Assembly: GCA_024704765.1 (NCBI GenBank)
Contig: JAKMXF010000339.1
Location: 62,001 to 126,000 of the forward strand
Length of the DNA: 64,000 bases
From: Oopsacas minuta
Taxonomy: Eukaryota; Animalia; Porifera
Direction of reading: 5' to 3'
Part shown: positions 12,101-27,100 of the stretch, piece by piece
How positions within the stretch are numbered: position 1 is the stretch's first letter
Layout of the letters: each line of letters opens with the position of its first letter
Program-made: the position numbers and the translations under genes
The notes under the pieces: model-generated
The model's database searches: none
The model's input: the letters and a program-made list of their open reading frames with translations, nothing else
What the model was told of the DNA's origin: nothing

Positions 12101-15100
12101 GAAACATGGATACAATTCAAACCACCGATCAGAAAGCAAGATGGCAGGGTATGGCTAAAGAAGGGAGAGATACCCCCAGCTGTTTGTGTCCGACTTCCGT
12201 GCCCCGAAGGTCTTGTACTGCATATTTTTCGATGGCCAAGGTGCTGTAGCCCAAATCTCTGTTCCCAAAGGTCAGACACTCACAGGACAATTTTACGCAG
12301 ATGTGGTGTTGCCTGAGGTCGAAAAACATTATCTTAAGCGTCGTCCAAAGACTGGAACTCGTGGTCTCAAAATTTTGCACGATAATGCTAGACCGCATAA
12401 ATCTTTGGCTGTAAGGCAAAAAATTAAAGATATGAGTATGCACGAAGTTCCACATCTACCTTACTCCCCTGATATAGCCCCGTGTGACTTCTGGCTGTTT
12501 AGAAAACTCAAAGATAACCTCTCCGGACGCGAATTTGAGGATCGGCTCAGCCTGGGTCGGGCAATTTACAGATACCTTGAAGTCATACCCAAGGATGAGT
12601 ACAGAAAGACATTTGAAAATTGGATTAAAAGGCTAAATTCAGTTGTAGCGTATAAAGGAGACTACTTTGAACATTCATAGCAAAAATTACCAACTTTACA
12701 CAAGTATCTATAGTTTTAGATGGTATGATTAGTATTTATTGAATGCCCCTGTATGTTGGGATGAAGTAACCGTCATATTGCTATTTCTTAGAAAATACTC
12801 AACCAATCTATCAACTTTCTCAAGGAATAAATTTGCCAACACTCTGAAGCTTTTCAAAGGGGAAAACGCAGGTGTAGAAATGGGGAAGTTTAGTTAGACG
12901 CAGTCCTGTTGTGATTTTGGGGTCACGTAGCTGAAGGCTTAGATCAGGGGTGGGCAAAAGATTTTTTGTGCGGCCTGGTTTCTATTTTCAAATTTTTATG
13001 CGGGCCGTATTGACCAACGATGAAGTAGTAAAAACTAAAACGAATTCATTTGGTTGTGAATTTTTAAGATCTCATCATCGTCATGATGTTCTTTTCACAT
13101 TTTTTAACAGCATTTCAAAATTGACCTTCCAGTTTTCTCAAAACTGCACTACATTTTTGAGTTTGTTCAAAGCTTCCCTCCCAATATTTTTCACAACTAC
13201 AGGGTTTTAGTATCTTACGAGATCTTAAGTAAATCTACAATTTCTGATGGTCTTCACACCAAAATATTAAGTTTGTATTAATCTACCATCCTCGACGGCT
13301 GTAGTGTAGGGGAAGCGGAATACCCTCACCAATTTTTCAATAGGCAGCGCCAGAGGTATCTCCAGGTCTGAATGTCAAGGGGTCCAGATTGTTTTGAGGG
13401 TAAGGCATAGGTTTCAAGTATTATGAATTTATTCTTCGGTCAATTCAAGATAAAGATACTAAAATTATTAATCATACAAGTAGACACTATAGTTGAGTTT
13501 ATGCTAATTTACACCTATAACATTGAAATTTCCCCTCAATTTTTTAAAGGCCAGCTTGCTTCGCTTGCTAGGTCGCTGGGCAACAGCTTAGTATCTTTGG
13601 TCAACTGGAGTTAAATAGCGAATTTTTGATTGTCTGGGTCGCTACGCGACCGGGTATTATACTCGGCACTACGCTCATCGAATTCACAGAATGGTGAACA
13701 TTTTAAGTTTGATCATCCATCGTCCATCCAAATTTTCAAGCTTCCATAAAGTATATTGGCTGAGCAGTGGCAAACATGTCCGAGCCAGGCCCATAATACC
13801 CACGTATGCCAATAATCAGTCCTGTTGTCCTTCATTTGCTTCAATCAATTCTAGACATACAATCATATACCTATATATACAGATTGATTGCGTTTTAATA
13901 GTATAGATAAGATTCTAGACAAAATTCCTCATTTACATATGTATCGAAGTTTCTATAGTAATATTTAGTATACGATATTTCTTTCTCCTCCCTGTACCGT
14001 ACTTGTTAGTTTACTTTTGCAAAGGAAATGATATAGCAATTGATATATCGTATTGATTAGCTAGATACGTATATATTTTGATTTAGTATCCCGCTCTTAA
14101 ATTTCTGCGTTCCAAACCTATGATGTTTGCTTTGGAAAAACTCTTAGCATAAATTTCATTAAAATTTCCCAGCTGGCCAAGGGTCGGTTCTCAACTTTTT
14201 CGCCGGGGCAGGGAAAAAAAATACCAATTTTCAGTCGGGGCCCGGATCGATCCCTATTGGGGACGATATCGTAAATAGAGGTAAAAGGTCATTTAGAGCC
14301 GATAAATGCATAACAAGACTCTAGTAGTTGAGCGGTATCGAACAAAGGGTGACTTGATAGTGTGGGATAAGATTAACAGAGCCTAAACGATATGAAAGAT
14401 TCCCTAATGGCTTACAAAATAGCATCCATGAATTCCTCACCTCCGGCAATCCCTAGAATGATTAACAGGCAAATGATAAGAGTGTTTGTTTGCCTTAAAA
14501 TTTAATAAGAAATCTGCCTTCTATTTTTAGGCCTTCTTAATCCGATGTCATATGATCAGAGGGGCCGGGTGGATTATAGTTAATGGATGTCATAGATGTC
14601 ATGGATTTGGATTTATAATTTCAAAAACACAGTGGTTTCGGATAGAGTTTGCTTCTCTGAAGTCCAAAGGAATCCATCTGCTTCATGAAATTTTTGAATT
14701 TATAGCACTTTATGCTTTGATTTTGAGATCGGCAATTGCCTACTTAAAACACGGCTATATACATTACCGAGAAGGTTGGGAACCATTCCTCTACCGCAAA
14801 CGTTATTCAGATGCGCACTATTCATTATCATGGAATATGAAAATTTGCATACGAGCAGTATTCAACACAATTTGACGGGATTTGAGAAATAGTTGTGTCT
14901 ATATAATTGAAAAGAATTTCAAAAGGCGCTGATTGAACCAAATTAGCCCAGATGAATTGTCGATTCATGGAGCGAGTGTTATTACAAAAATAAATGTACA
15001 GTATGCGTAAAACCAGCAATGAAACTAGGATTTTTATGTTATGTAGGCATGTGAACTGTTGTACAGAGTACATCGAAGGTCAAGACAGATGCCCTGTCTG

Positions 15101-18100
15101 CCGATCAATGATAGAGACAGAGTTGAAATCTCTACAAAAAATAATTCACTTACAAATATCACTCATACTTCTTTCACATACTAGATTAATTTATGAATAA
15201 TTAGGGTATTTGCTTCACTCTAAATTTTCTGTACTACACACATACTTCCAAGTATTTTGAAATTTACCCATAAATAATATATTTCATTCTTTAATAAAAA
15301 CATGTCGCCTTTTCGACCTGAAAATATTATCAAGATATGTAATGTGCGATTCACTACATCATACTTATGAAAGTTGATATACCAATAGATTTCCTAAATT
15401 TGGAGTTGCAATTTCGGATTTTGTCATATAGCTTGATAGGAAATATACAATGACTGAATTCGTCCATAATACTATTTTACCTAAGGGTATTTTGGAAATA
15501 GTCGTACTGATAGATCGGAAATTTCCTTCATATAGCCATGAAAGCTCCTAGTTGCTTGAATGTATGTATTTCTCAATATTTCTAGCGTAGTAAAGTGAGT
15601 TACTATAGATTAGTGTCAAACTTGCTAGTGGATGTTGCCATGATGTCGGAGTAGCTCATGGTTTATGGGTGGTGTGTTTTTAAAGATATCTAGCTAATAG
15701 TAAATAATCCATGTATTGGATAATTAGGAGTCAACACGCCTGGGGATGATTAGCAGATAGTACTGGGAGGTACTGCGTACCATTAATCAATTATCCAAGT
15801 CGTACCGCTAGATAGCGTTTATCAGACAAATTCGAAAATTGCAGTAGGATAAATTCAAGAAGAGAAGTAGGTCAAATTCAGCATGAATTAATCCGAAGAC
15901 AGAATCCAAATGAGTGTATGACAAATTGCAATCCCATATCATTGTAGGAGAAACCCTAAAGTGATAATTGGGACAAGTTTAAGAGTTTTGTAGGAAAAAT
16001 CCAGCGATCCAAAACCAAATTTGATTTTTCTCGAAGTGAGCAGACATTTATATAGCAATTACTATAGAAATCTATACTAGTAGGCGAGCTTGGAAATTCA
16101 CCCCAATTATTCATAGTTTTATACAGGGTTGGGTTTTGCCCTGTCCAAAACTGGTCAAAACCGGGCAATACTGGTCAATTCTATACCCTTCAATAATAAG
16201 AATACCTATATTACTTGTTGATATCTTATTTTGCTTTGGGAATATCCTATTGACACTGGTTTACAATGAAACAGTAAGGTGATCATAAAATGTGTGGTTT
16301 CAACCAAATAATATACTAATAAAGTATTCGTACATATATACTTTCTAAACGGGTATAATTACCCAAAGCATTTGTGATATTATAGAAATTGACTACTATC
16401 GTGCAGATTGTATATCTTACTTACATAAATTGACCAGTTTGAAATGGCACAAGGAGGAAGGCCCATTGATTCAGTATGGAAATCTTTCATCAAAGTTGAA
16501 GATGGTGGAAAAATACGAGCGAAGTGTATAAAATAGTGCTATGATCAGTGCAAAGGCTGGGAGGCTTAGAACTCATCTTGAAAAATGCTCTCAAAGCCAA
16601 CTCCAAAATAATTTTCCTAAAGACGGCCTTCCTGAAATATTAGTACCTTTTAACAGTAGTGACACAACTATACCACCAGAAAAACGTGTATGTCATAAGA
16701 TCATTAGACCCAAGTTGAATGATTTCACAATAAAGACCAGCTCTCACCAGAAAGAAATTCTCGACAATCAAATTGCTCGCTTATTTTATGCTTGTAACCT
16801 TCCGTTTAACCTCGCTGAGAATGACGTATTCAAAAAGACAATTTCTATGCTTAGACCTGGTTATACACCTCCTACAAGGAAAATTCTAGCTGGAGGTCTT
16901 CTTGACAAGACATTTAATGAAGTAACCACCATGACTGCTTCAGATCTGGAAGGGAAGGATGTTACTCTAGTAGAGGATGGATGGAGTGACATACACAAAT
17001 CCCCTGTAATTGCCCATTGTGTACATTCAGGACAAAGATCTTATTTTCTGAATTCTGTTGACACTGGATCAAACAAGAAAACTGCTACTTATTGTACTTC
17101 TTTAGCTATTGAAGCGTCCAAAGAAACAACTGATAAATTTGTGTGTAAAGTTGTTGCTGTCGTTACTGACAATGAACAAAAAAATGCAGTCAATGCGCTC
17201 AAAGTTGAAATTGGTTGACAGCTCACTTTCAGTATACGGCTGTGCATCGCATTTATTGAACCTGTTGGGGAAGGATATCACCCCTTCGCAAATTATTTTT
17301 ATATTACAGAGATAAATATTTTCACAACCATCACAATCCTGGAGCCCTCCTATCTGCACAAAAGGGATCCCTTAAACCTCAATTACCAGTCGTGACACGG
17401 TAGAATAGTCAATTGGAGTGCATCAAGACATACCTGACAAATAGGCCTTTCCTTTTAAACATTCTGGCACACATGAAGATGTTATCGACTTGTCTATTGC
17501 AAATCTAATCAACAACGTTGGCCTTTATCGTGAGGCTAAAAATCTTTATGACCAACTCAAACCGATTGCAACATCATTGGACAAGTTACAAGGGGAAATC
17601 TAACGTTGCAGACTCTTGCGAAGAGTGGATGAAATTAATCCAGTTAGACGAGCTGAAAAGTCACCTAGGTAAAATTCAGAAACGATTCAAACAAGCAACC
17701 ACAACTACTCACTTCCTAGCCAATATGATCAATCTGAAGTACATGGGGCAGACACTTTCATGTGAACAACAAGAAGAAGCTAGGGGATGGCTTATTCAAC
17801 TAAATGCTTCTCTTTTGCAGTAACTTTATCAGTTTCAGGCAAAAGAAGCACCATTTCCCACATCTATATTTGAATGCACAAATGCATTAGATCCAGTAAC
17901 TTGGTGGAAGGCCATTAAAAAATCGAAAAACTTAGTAGCTGATGAGTTTTGTGATTTAGCTATCAATTTATTAATCCTACCGTCAAGTTCCGCAAGTATT
18001 GAAAGGATTTTCTCGAATTTTTGGTTCAATTCAAACAGAACTACGAACAGATTGGGAATCGATAAAGCGAGCAAATTAGTAGCTTGTTATGGAGAATTGA

Positions 18101-21100
18101 GAGGATGCCAAGAATTAGAGTGGTAACGAATATAGGTTAATTAAACATCAATGTATTGTGATATTTTTCTTACTATCAACAAGTATTTATTCAGCATATA
18201 AAATATACAAGTAACATGCACTAGTATTAAAGTTAGGTTTTGACCAGTTTTGACCAGTTTTATCCAGTCAGGAGGTTTTGGACAGGACGGTTTTTACCAC
18301 TATGGTTTTTACCACATGGACAAAACCTGCCAACCCTGGTTTGATGAGCATTCGTTCCATACACAATACTATCTACATATCTATAGTGAAGATTTACCTC
18401 AATAAGATCACACAGGTTTAAAATTGAGGAATATACTGGAGCTGACTTAATGTCAGTTAGGACCTTTTCTTCAGCAACCCCCTTAGAAGGTAAAACACAA
18501 ATTCGAGTAACTTTGTCAAGAACTTGTACTTGGGCGTGGAAAAGAGCACCCCCAAAGGCAGAAATATGTTGATGAGATTTCTTTAGGAAGAGCAACTTAA
18601 TCAAGGATTCTTGAGAAGGGTACTTTGATCTGGAAATCTCAGAAATGACCTGTAGATAGAGATACAGATACAGTACCTATGCAAAAAAAGTGATCAATCT
18701 ATATACGTCTATCTAATATATATATTTGTAAATTTAGATTTTATTGAAAAAAATGGAAGATACATGGTTAATTGGTGAAAAACGCTCTTCAGAACCTGCC
18801 TCTCAAAAGTTCAAGGTTTGTAATTAATATCATTCGTCATTTTTGAAAATAAAATTATTAGCCAATGTTAGCAAATCTACACAAGGCTCTCACATTATGT
18901 CAAATGTTCCAACATCATTATTTTTAATGAATAATTGAATTCTTACATCATTATAACTGCCCAAATATCTAAAATTGTAATCCATGAGAGTAACACAGCA
19001 TATTAATTCTCGCCACCCGTAATTCCGAATTCTAAGATTTCTTTGTGTACAAAACCTTATGTATAACCCCTGGAATTACGCTCAATTGGTTATAAACATG
19101 ATACATAATATATTATACATATTAATGATTGAACAATATAGTCTTGACGATGAAAGAAAATGAAGTATAATGTAACAATAAAAAATATTTACGAAATTAC
19201 TGTCAATAGATCCAATTGATAGAGATCGAACTGGAATCAAAGTCAATTCCCGGATCTATCCAGAAAATACCTTTAAACAATGAAATTCCGAATGAATTAA
19301 GATACAAACAATATAAGTTAAGGTTATATGTCTGATATTGGCTTGTGAGTTATAATATATCTTTGATTAGTTCGCAACGGAAAATTACTTAAAAATTCTT
19401 TATCATCCACTTCCTGACATCGCTTTTGCATCTTGTATCATTCTATTTATAGGAAATCCGCATTATACAATATCAAAATTATGTATCTGATTGAATGTAG
19501 CTATACACAAATGACAATTTGCACCACCTACATAGATATTCATCTATTCTAGTATCAAACTGACGGCGTATGACTTCTATGTTGTATCTAATCCTATAAA
19601 TCCAGGACTTATTCCCCCATAGAGGGGATTTCTGGAATAAATAAATGATCCAACAGGGTAAAGTTAGGATTAGGCCCAGCTTATTGATAAACACGATGTC
19701 AAACGGACCCATCAAGACCATCAGTAATTCTAATATTCAGAGGATAGTAGAGTCAGTGCATGTTTAAAGCTGATAAAATATCCTCTGATTGTCTTGTAAG
19801 AAATATCAACCCCAACTGGAAAATCTCTGTGAACAAAACGAATTTCAGGAAATAGATTAATACAAGAGAGATTAGCTGCAACCTATTATATCCTGGAATT
19901 TTCAGACCATCAGAGAGCAAAGTACGCAAAGTTCTATATATATATATATATATACTCCTACCAATTTCAAGAGAATCAATATACAAGCAACCTCATCATT
20001 CAACAATTGAGAACAATTGGTGAGTAACTACCCTGATTAATTTCTCTAGAAACTTTGCATATCCCTGCAATCTCAAACTTCCTTATTTAAGGAATTATTT
20101 CAGAATATTAAATGATTGTCTCGGTACGTTTCCAAAATAAACTTCATTCAAATGTCACATTATTCCATTATATTTTCCCGATCTTCGATCTTCATCATAT
20201 TCACGGGGTTCATATTTTTGTATACAGGAGGATGGAAAGCTAGTACGCATGGTATTGCTAACCTAGCTTTGCGAAATTGTCCCAAAAATTAGTGTAATAT
20301 TCTGCATTATAAACCATGGATGCCTCAAATTCAATTTATACCAAAAAATTGATTTTCAAATTTTACTCAGCCCTCCACTAGCGTCAAGGTCATCATTGAT
20401 TTATAGAAACCTAAACTATGGTTGTGTATTATCTATCTTCAGGTCTATTATCACAATTAATTTCCGCAATATTCAATAAGGTCCTAATCATATGGGTGTA
20501 CTAATTTAATTATTGCGGAAAAACAAAAAAGACAATCTTTGGATAAATGGATGATCATGTGGGCAATTATCTATGTATTTGAAACTTGTATCAACGAAAA
20601 AATACCATACAACACTTTCATTGTGTTTGGTGATCACAGTTTTGAGCAATTTTAGGATTATTGAAATAAATATATTCTCTGTGATAATGTGTGGCTTTAT
20701 AATTTATTCGGACAGGGCTTGGCCCGAAATTATAGGCCTGCTGTGACTTATAGGTTACACCATAACGGCTACTATACAAAGGCCAAACATTAACCCATGG
20801 ATTTTGGACTAGGTAGAAGAGACGGTGTAGCAAATGACAAGTGATTTCTATATTATAGAAACGGAGCATTTTGCCAAAATAAATGTATTGCATATTTGAA
20901 AAACAAAAATATTGTGTACTAAAATATTTCTGCAATGTGGAAACTTATGTCTATTAAGGATTGATTTGGTAAAATATGCCATTCTTTCACAATTTGTTAA
21001 ACGATTAATATTGTTTCTTTAATTTCAAAGTGAATTTAGGAAATAATTGGATAGTTATATTTAAAAAGAAAATTTGAAATGATTAAATTGGTCCATTATT

Positions 21101-24100
21101 GAGTTACAGTAGAGACTAGGGATAACACATTTTTATGGATATCCAATTATAATTCGATAATGGTAAAGATAAATATTTTCAAATCAGTATAGCCATTTTA
21201 TACAATATACGTAATTTCCCTTACTGTCAATATACATTTTGAAATATCTCTGAAGCTTATTGCGTAATCTCAAAAATAACCATATATGGTTTTCCCAATT
21301 ACCTCACATTAATAAAAGTAATCATCATAATAGGTTACAAGGGTATGGGAAGTAGGGGGTATATAATGTATTGGCTAAAATAAATCAGAAATAACTTTCA
21401 TGATTACGGAGTGATAACTGGACATTCATAAAAATGTGTCATCCCTGGTATCTACCGTAATTCAAGAATGAGCCAACTATTGTACAGTCAGGTGAGCGTA
21501 ATCCGAATTCGCTGGCACCTCAAAAATTTATCCAGATTAGCAGCAATACGGATTATACTGAGTGACTCCGAAATGTAGAATAATGTTATATAGCAAGATT
21601 ACTATTGTTTAAAAAGCTGTAAATTATGTATCTAAATATTATTGTCCTCTGGTCTGCATGATAAATCGTAATTAATAAATTAAGCAGAAATAGATAACAA
21701 TTTTTCAGTATATTTTAGTATATTTAACCTGGTGATAGGCCGGATTAGCCGCATAAAATAGTAATTGGATGGATATAATGATCCGGATAATTGCGGTTAT
21801 TTGGATTAAGCACATCTGGAATACGAGCACATATCAAGATAACATACACAACATAGCATACCAAACGGTACCTGATAAATAATACGGATAAGGCGCATAT
21901 CCGGAATACGCACACTTGATTGTATTACAATTCTTGATATTTTGTATAAAGGGATCTAAGGATTACTTCATGTATTGACTTTAAAATGAAAGATATATTC
22001 AATACTTCAATTGGATTGACCATGGTGGATAGTAAATTCATAATTTTTTCACGATTTCAGTAATTTTAGGTACTAGGTGTTGAGAATTTCAGTTGCGCAG
22101 TAAACAAAACCACTATGAGAAATATTTGGGTTCTATAGATGAGCTAACATGGAGGCTTGAATTCCCAAGCAACAATTCCGATCAAAATGTGATCGTCAAA
22201 CCAAAGATGGAGTTGAGAAGCTAATTTGAATTTTGGTGTATATTAGGGTTGTTAAACGAATACCTTGTATTCAATAACCAGTTATCAAATACTTTTATCA
22301 TAAAATAACTGGTTAACCGGTTAATACAGGTTAATTACTAAGTTAGTGCAAAAATTGATATTCACTTGTACTAAATGTTGATAAATGATTTCAGCTAAAT
22401 ATAGATGTACTTAGTAGTATTATAGTAGTAAACAAGAAATCTTCTAACCTAATTAGTAACAAATATCTATTGCTCTAATGGTTTAAAAAACGCCTTTAAT
22501 ACCACAAGAGTGTCAACAGAATTTTTACTCAACTTTGAGCGTAGATTAGTTATCAATAACCCAATAGCAGAGAATGCACGTTCGGCCTCTACACTTCTAG
22601 CTGGAATAGAGGAAAGTGCTTGATCCACGAAAGATAAATTTTCGGATTTAGTTCCAGTAGTCTCAAATAGTCTCATTTCCTTAAAAAGCGAAACGAATCC
22701 ATCATCTTGCTTTTGCTTGGTAGCGTGAGAGGAAGATATTTCTATTGCTCTAGATATCTGTGGATGCATTGAATCTGGGGGTATTGCTACAATTACTTCA
22801 AATTCTTTGGGGAGTCAGTGAGAGTTCATAGAGTCTATATTTCTACAATGTGAATAAAGCTGAGAAAGAATTTGTTTCAATGTTTTATGCCAATCCTTTT
22901 TGTTAATAGAAGGATCATTAATCAAACAATCAGGATTTAGTGAATATTTCATAGTATTAACAACATCACTCTGCCGCCTCTGATGAAACCGTTTTCAAGG
23001 CTCTCCTTTAATTCAAAAGCAAAATTAGATCCATTATTCCGGAACAGTTCGAAGATAAATTCGAAAATTCCTTCTGCTGAAAGTAGAGTGGATTCACGTT
23101 TACACAAAGCTAATATCCCCGTTTCAATTGATTATAAAGTAGATGCAAATTTGAAGAACAAGCCAATCTCTTTTACATATCTCAAAACCAATGCCAATAT
23201 CAATCATTGTCTTACAAAGTGGTTTTCTGACTGATAAAAACCGATCAATCATGGAAATTAAACTGTTTCATCTAGTCTTACAACCCAAAATTAAGTTCAG
23301 TTTTTTCCCTAAATGCTCTTTAATATACTTATTGAGTATTTCGTACTTTAAAGGAGATTTCTGAACTTACGAACAATGTTGCGTACATTAGTTATAGTAG
23401 CGTTGATACTTAATGCATATGGAGGAATAATAATATCATCATCGATTTCACCATCACCATCATCATCTTCGCTACACTCTTCAACCTCGGAACTTTCGCT
23501 AATAATGTCATCGATTAATGGAGTGGTATCGGTGGTGTTACTTTCATTGGTCAGACTGTTTCTTGGAATTTCAATTGATGTTAAATTCTTGGAATACAAT
23601 ACTTCAACTACTGCTAGATGCACTTCATGTACTAGGCAAATTTGCTGATGTATTTTGCTCAACCTTCCCATCTAACCATAACCGAGGCTCTTTCACATAC
23701 AATGCAAGCTATGTGCTGATGTAGATCAATCATAAATTCATCTAACTTTTCGATTAATAGATTAAGCACTTTTCTGCTGGCATCATTCCATTAATTTTCT
23801 TCATCCCAAGATTCCAAAATTTGTTCCGACTATGTATATTCATATTCATACATCGCATGATCTGAATTGAAGTATACTCATCAAGCGACATGATGAATCG
23901 TATTCCATTCGCTAGCGAGACTTGTAATTCAGATTTGATCAATTCCTTGATGTGTTTCGCATACCTGATTACCATCCTAGAAATTGTACAGTGGCTAGTG
24001 GCTGTTGACCGGAGTAAATCCTCGAGCAAGCAATGCAGAATGAAGAAATTTGCTTTGACCAATCTTCAATAACTTATCCCATCTTCAGCTGCTAGCCTAG

Positions 24101-27100
24101 CAATTATTTCATCCAAAGTTTTTCGTTTTGAAAATTCAGTGATAAAAGTTTGAGTATGTAATTTCTTCGTTGGAGGCGACGTTTAATGTGAAGTATCTAA
24201 TTGAATATTATGAATTAAGAGATGATTTCTTTACCCAGTTGTAGAACCACCCTTGCAGCTCAAATTCTTGTGACAAATTTGACATTTGGCCTCTTCGTCG
24301 TCCCTAACAAAATGAACCCAGACTTCAGATCGTTTAGCCATTTGAGAATTTGATATTAAATCTAAAATGCTAGCCAGGGACATATTTATAACAAATTATG
24401 AGTAATTTGTATGTTAGATTAATAATTGTTTATATTTATGGTCTTATAATAACCGTTAATTGAAATTCACTAACCGGTAATCGAATAGTAAATTGATTTA
24501 ACTAACCAGCTATCACCACTAGCGTATATATATAGATATGTTGTATCTGTTTCGTTGAACAAGTTTCAAATAAATAGATAATTCCCCACATGGTCACCCA
24601 TTCACCCAAAGATAATATTTTTATGTTTTCCCGAGCAATCAAATTTGTACACTCATTTAATCTCGACCCTTTTTGGCGATCCAAATTGAGCTATTATGGC
24701 CTGTCATAAAGCATTGATATACGAGGCATGATATTCTGCGGGATCCACTCTACAAAATTTTCTATAGAGATCTGAATTCCCCCAGTATAAATATTTTGTG
24801 CTGTATAGAGTAAAACCTGTTGACATATTTGGATTAAATCATTTGAGCCTCATGTACAGAATTAGCAAATGACTGGAATATCGGAACAACAGTACAGGGC
24901 CATAGGAACAGGTCCAGCAGGCCCGGAATTTCCGAAACCAGGGACAGCAAACAATTCCTACAAGGAACTGCAAAAATCGCCACTGACCTGCCTATATATA
25001 TCGAATTCAATACATACAAAACTAGCAGCTTATTGAACCCGAGGCCGTTGCTGTTTACTTTCATCTTGTCAACCCAAATCTGGATATGCCACGAATTTCT
25101 TAATTGTTAGCTTATCATGTCATCTGGATCAAATAAAGACCTCTCTTATTCTAGCCTCCAATGTTGTCCTATTAACTAAAAGTTTAATTTCTCCTTTAGA
25201 ATATTCGGAAAGGAATCTATCAGGAAGAGATCATTGTTATCTAAATGGTTTGATACGTTTACTTGATTAGATTAGGATGAGCCTAATGATTGTGTCTATA
25301 GTTAATTTGCCGACTTGCTCTATCTAAAAATAAGTTAAATTACTACAAAAAGATTCTCTTTCATTCATCTTGGAACTACAACTGGAAGGATGTAACCATT
25401 GGTTTAAACGTCATGAGAGCTCACATTCTCGCTGTAGAAGCTATGGTTCAAACACCACGTTAGATATCGGATGTATGATATCTACAAACTATGAAGGTTG
25501 ACCGTGAAGTCTTGCTTTTAAAACCGAAGAATGTCAGATTTTTAGGATGTCAAGGCCTTCCTTAGAGAGGCGGTGGGAATGAAATCAATTTTAATTTTAA
25601 ACAACAAGTATGTGATAAACTAAGTAGTAGGAATCGAATCAGAGAACAACAACATACAGTAACAAATTATGAGTAACAAGTCTAAGCCTACTAGGACACC
25701 CAAATTGAATATATATTGGAACCTACTTCAACTAAAACGGTAGCAATGTTTCCTAAGGTGATGCTCTACTACAAAGCATTAAAGCTTAATGGTCTGAATC
25801 TGAATGGTGATGATTGGCTAAAGAACAAGAGAAAGAAATACACTCGTCCAGACACCAGGATAAATATTAGAGCTCATGGGTATATCATTAATCTAGCTGT
25901 AGGTGATGGAATTATAGGTTTGAAAGTCCTTCAAGACACACTTAGCATAACATTAGAAATTACTCTACTAATGAAATTTTCAGCAAAGCGCAACAAAATG
26001 TTTGATAATATAGAATGAACTTACGGCTGAAACATGTGGATTTGGATTACTCTGTCCCACTTGATGGACAGTTCGTGCCGAGAGTTTAAACAGCGTGGTT
26101 ACAAAATGTGACGTGTTACTGCAGCTGTATGGACTTTGAAGATTGTCTTCAAACTAAGTTGCAGACTGGTATAAAATCAAAAATCATTGGAATACAATAA
26201 CAAATGGAGTTGTGTGAATTTTAACTTTCTGATTATTCGTTACGTGCTCTGCAGAAAGCTGAAATATCTGGATCTGAGCGTCAAGAAATAGCATCGTTTA
26301 AAGTCAAAACACTGAAACTTATGAGAAATAAAGAATATTTTAGACTTTTCTGGAAAATGGTAAAACAATCTGCAGAGAGATTAAATGTTCAAGACGCCAT
26401 TTACAAAGTGAGATCTAAAAACAAAAGATATATGAAGATGGAATTTGTAGTGAACACTCAGCAACCACTGTCCTGAAGAAGATTATTTGAAGATTTATTA
26501 TCAAGCTATGTATCGAAAGGTCATTCAACCAAACCCTGATATCATATCAACAAAATCTCGAAGATCCAATTCTAAATAGTGGGAATAATAAAGATTCTAG
26601 TAAGAGATTGATGTTGTGACTAAAACTTATGGCTCTGATAAAGATCCATTAAGATTACAAGCACAGTTGGAAAACTCAGCTGCCAAATATGCAAATTTGA
26701 GAATAGCAATGAAACACGAACTTTCAATGATATGCTATGTTTTCTAAAGAATACATCAGCCAATACAAGAGATCAGTGTTCAGTATAGAAATAGTAGTTA
26801 AGCTTATACTTGTAATGCCTATAATTAACGCAGTTAGTGAAAGGCCATTTTCAAGTCTACGAAGAGCGAAAACATACCTGAGATCTATAATCACACAAGA
26901 ACGATTTAAAAATTATACACTACTCGAACAAAATTACTTGCATACCACTAAATGTACAATTGGAATTCCTGGAAATACAAGGAACATTTAACATGTATAA
27001 ATTAAATACCTAAAAACCTATTCAACTATGTAAGTTAACATTGCCCCGACTAAATATACTATTGATATTCGACAATACATGAATTCTATATCCACAAAGT

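Noticed and set aside
12186-12316. Programmed frameshifting in the mariner (and at ~44790 in Chapaev3)
   Set aside because: No slippery heptamer or stimulatory structure is evident, and these families normally use a single ORF; a simple indel or sequencing error is more likely.
12052-12455. Antisense ORFs over transposases (also 17102-17359, 43943-44271, 56363-56918 and similar)
   Set aside because: They are shadow frames of recognisable transposase sequence on the opposite strand.
14628-14634. Isolated CACAGTG (also at 27720 and 51145; CACTGTG at ~8789)
   Set aside because: No paired end with a matching 5-bp TSD and no adjacent RAG1-like coding remnant; a 7-mer occurs several times by chance in 64 kb.
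18260-18397. 3' extension of ORF 18260-18604
   Set aside because: It reads through the GTAAAT donor into intron and hAT terminal sequence.
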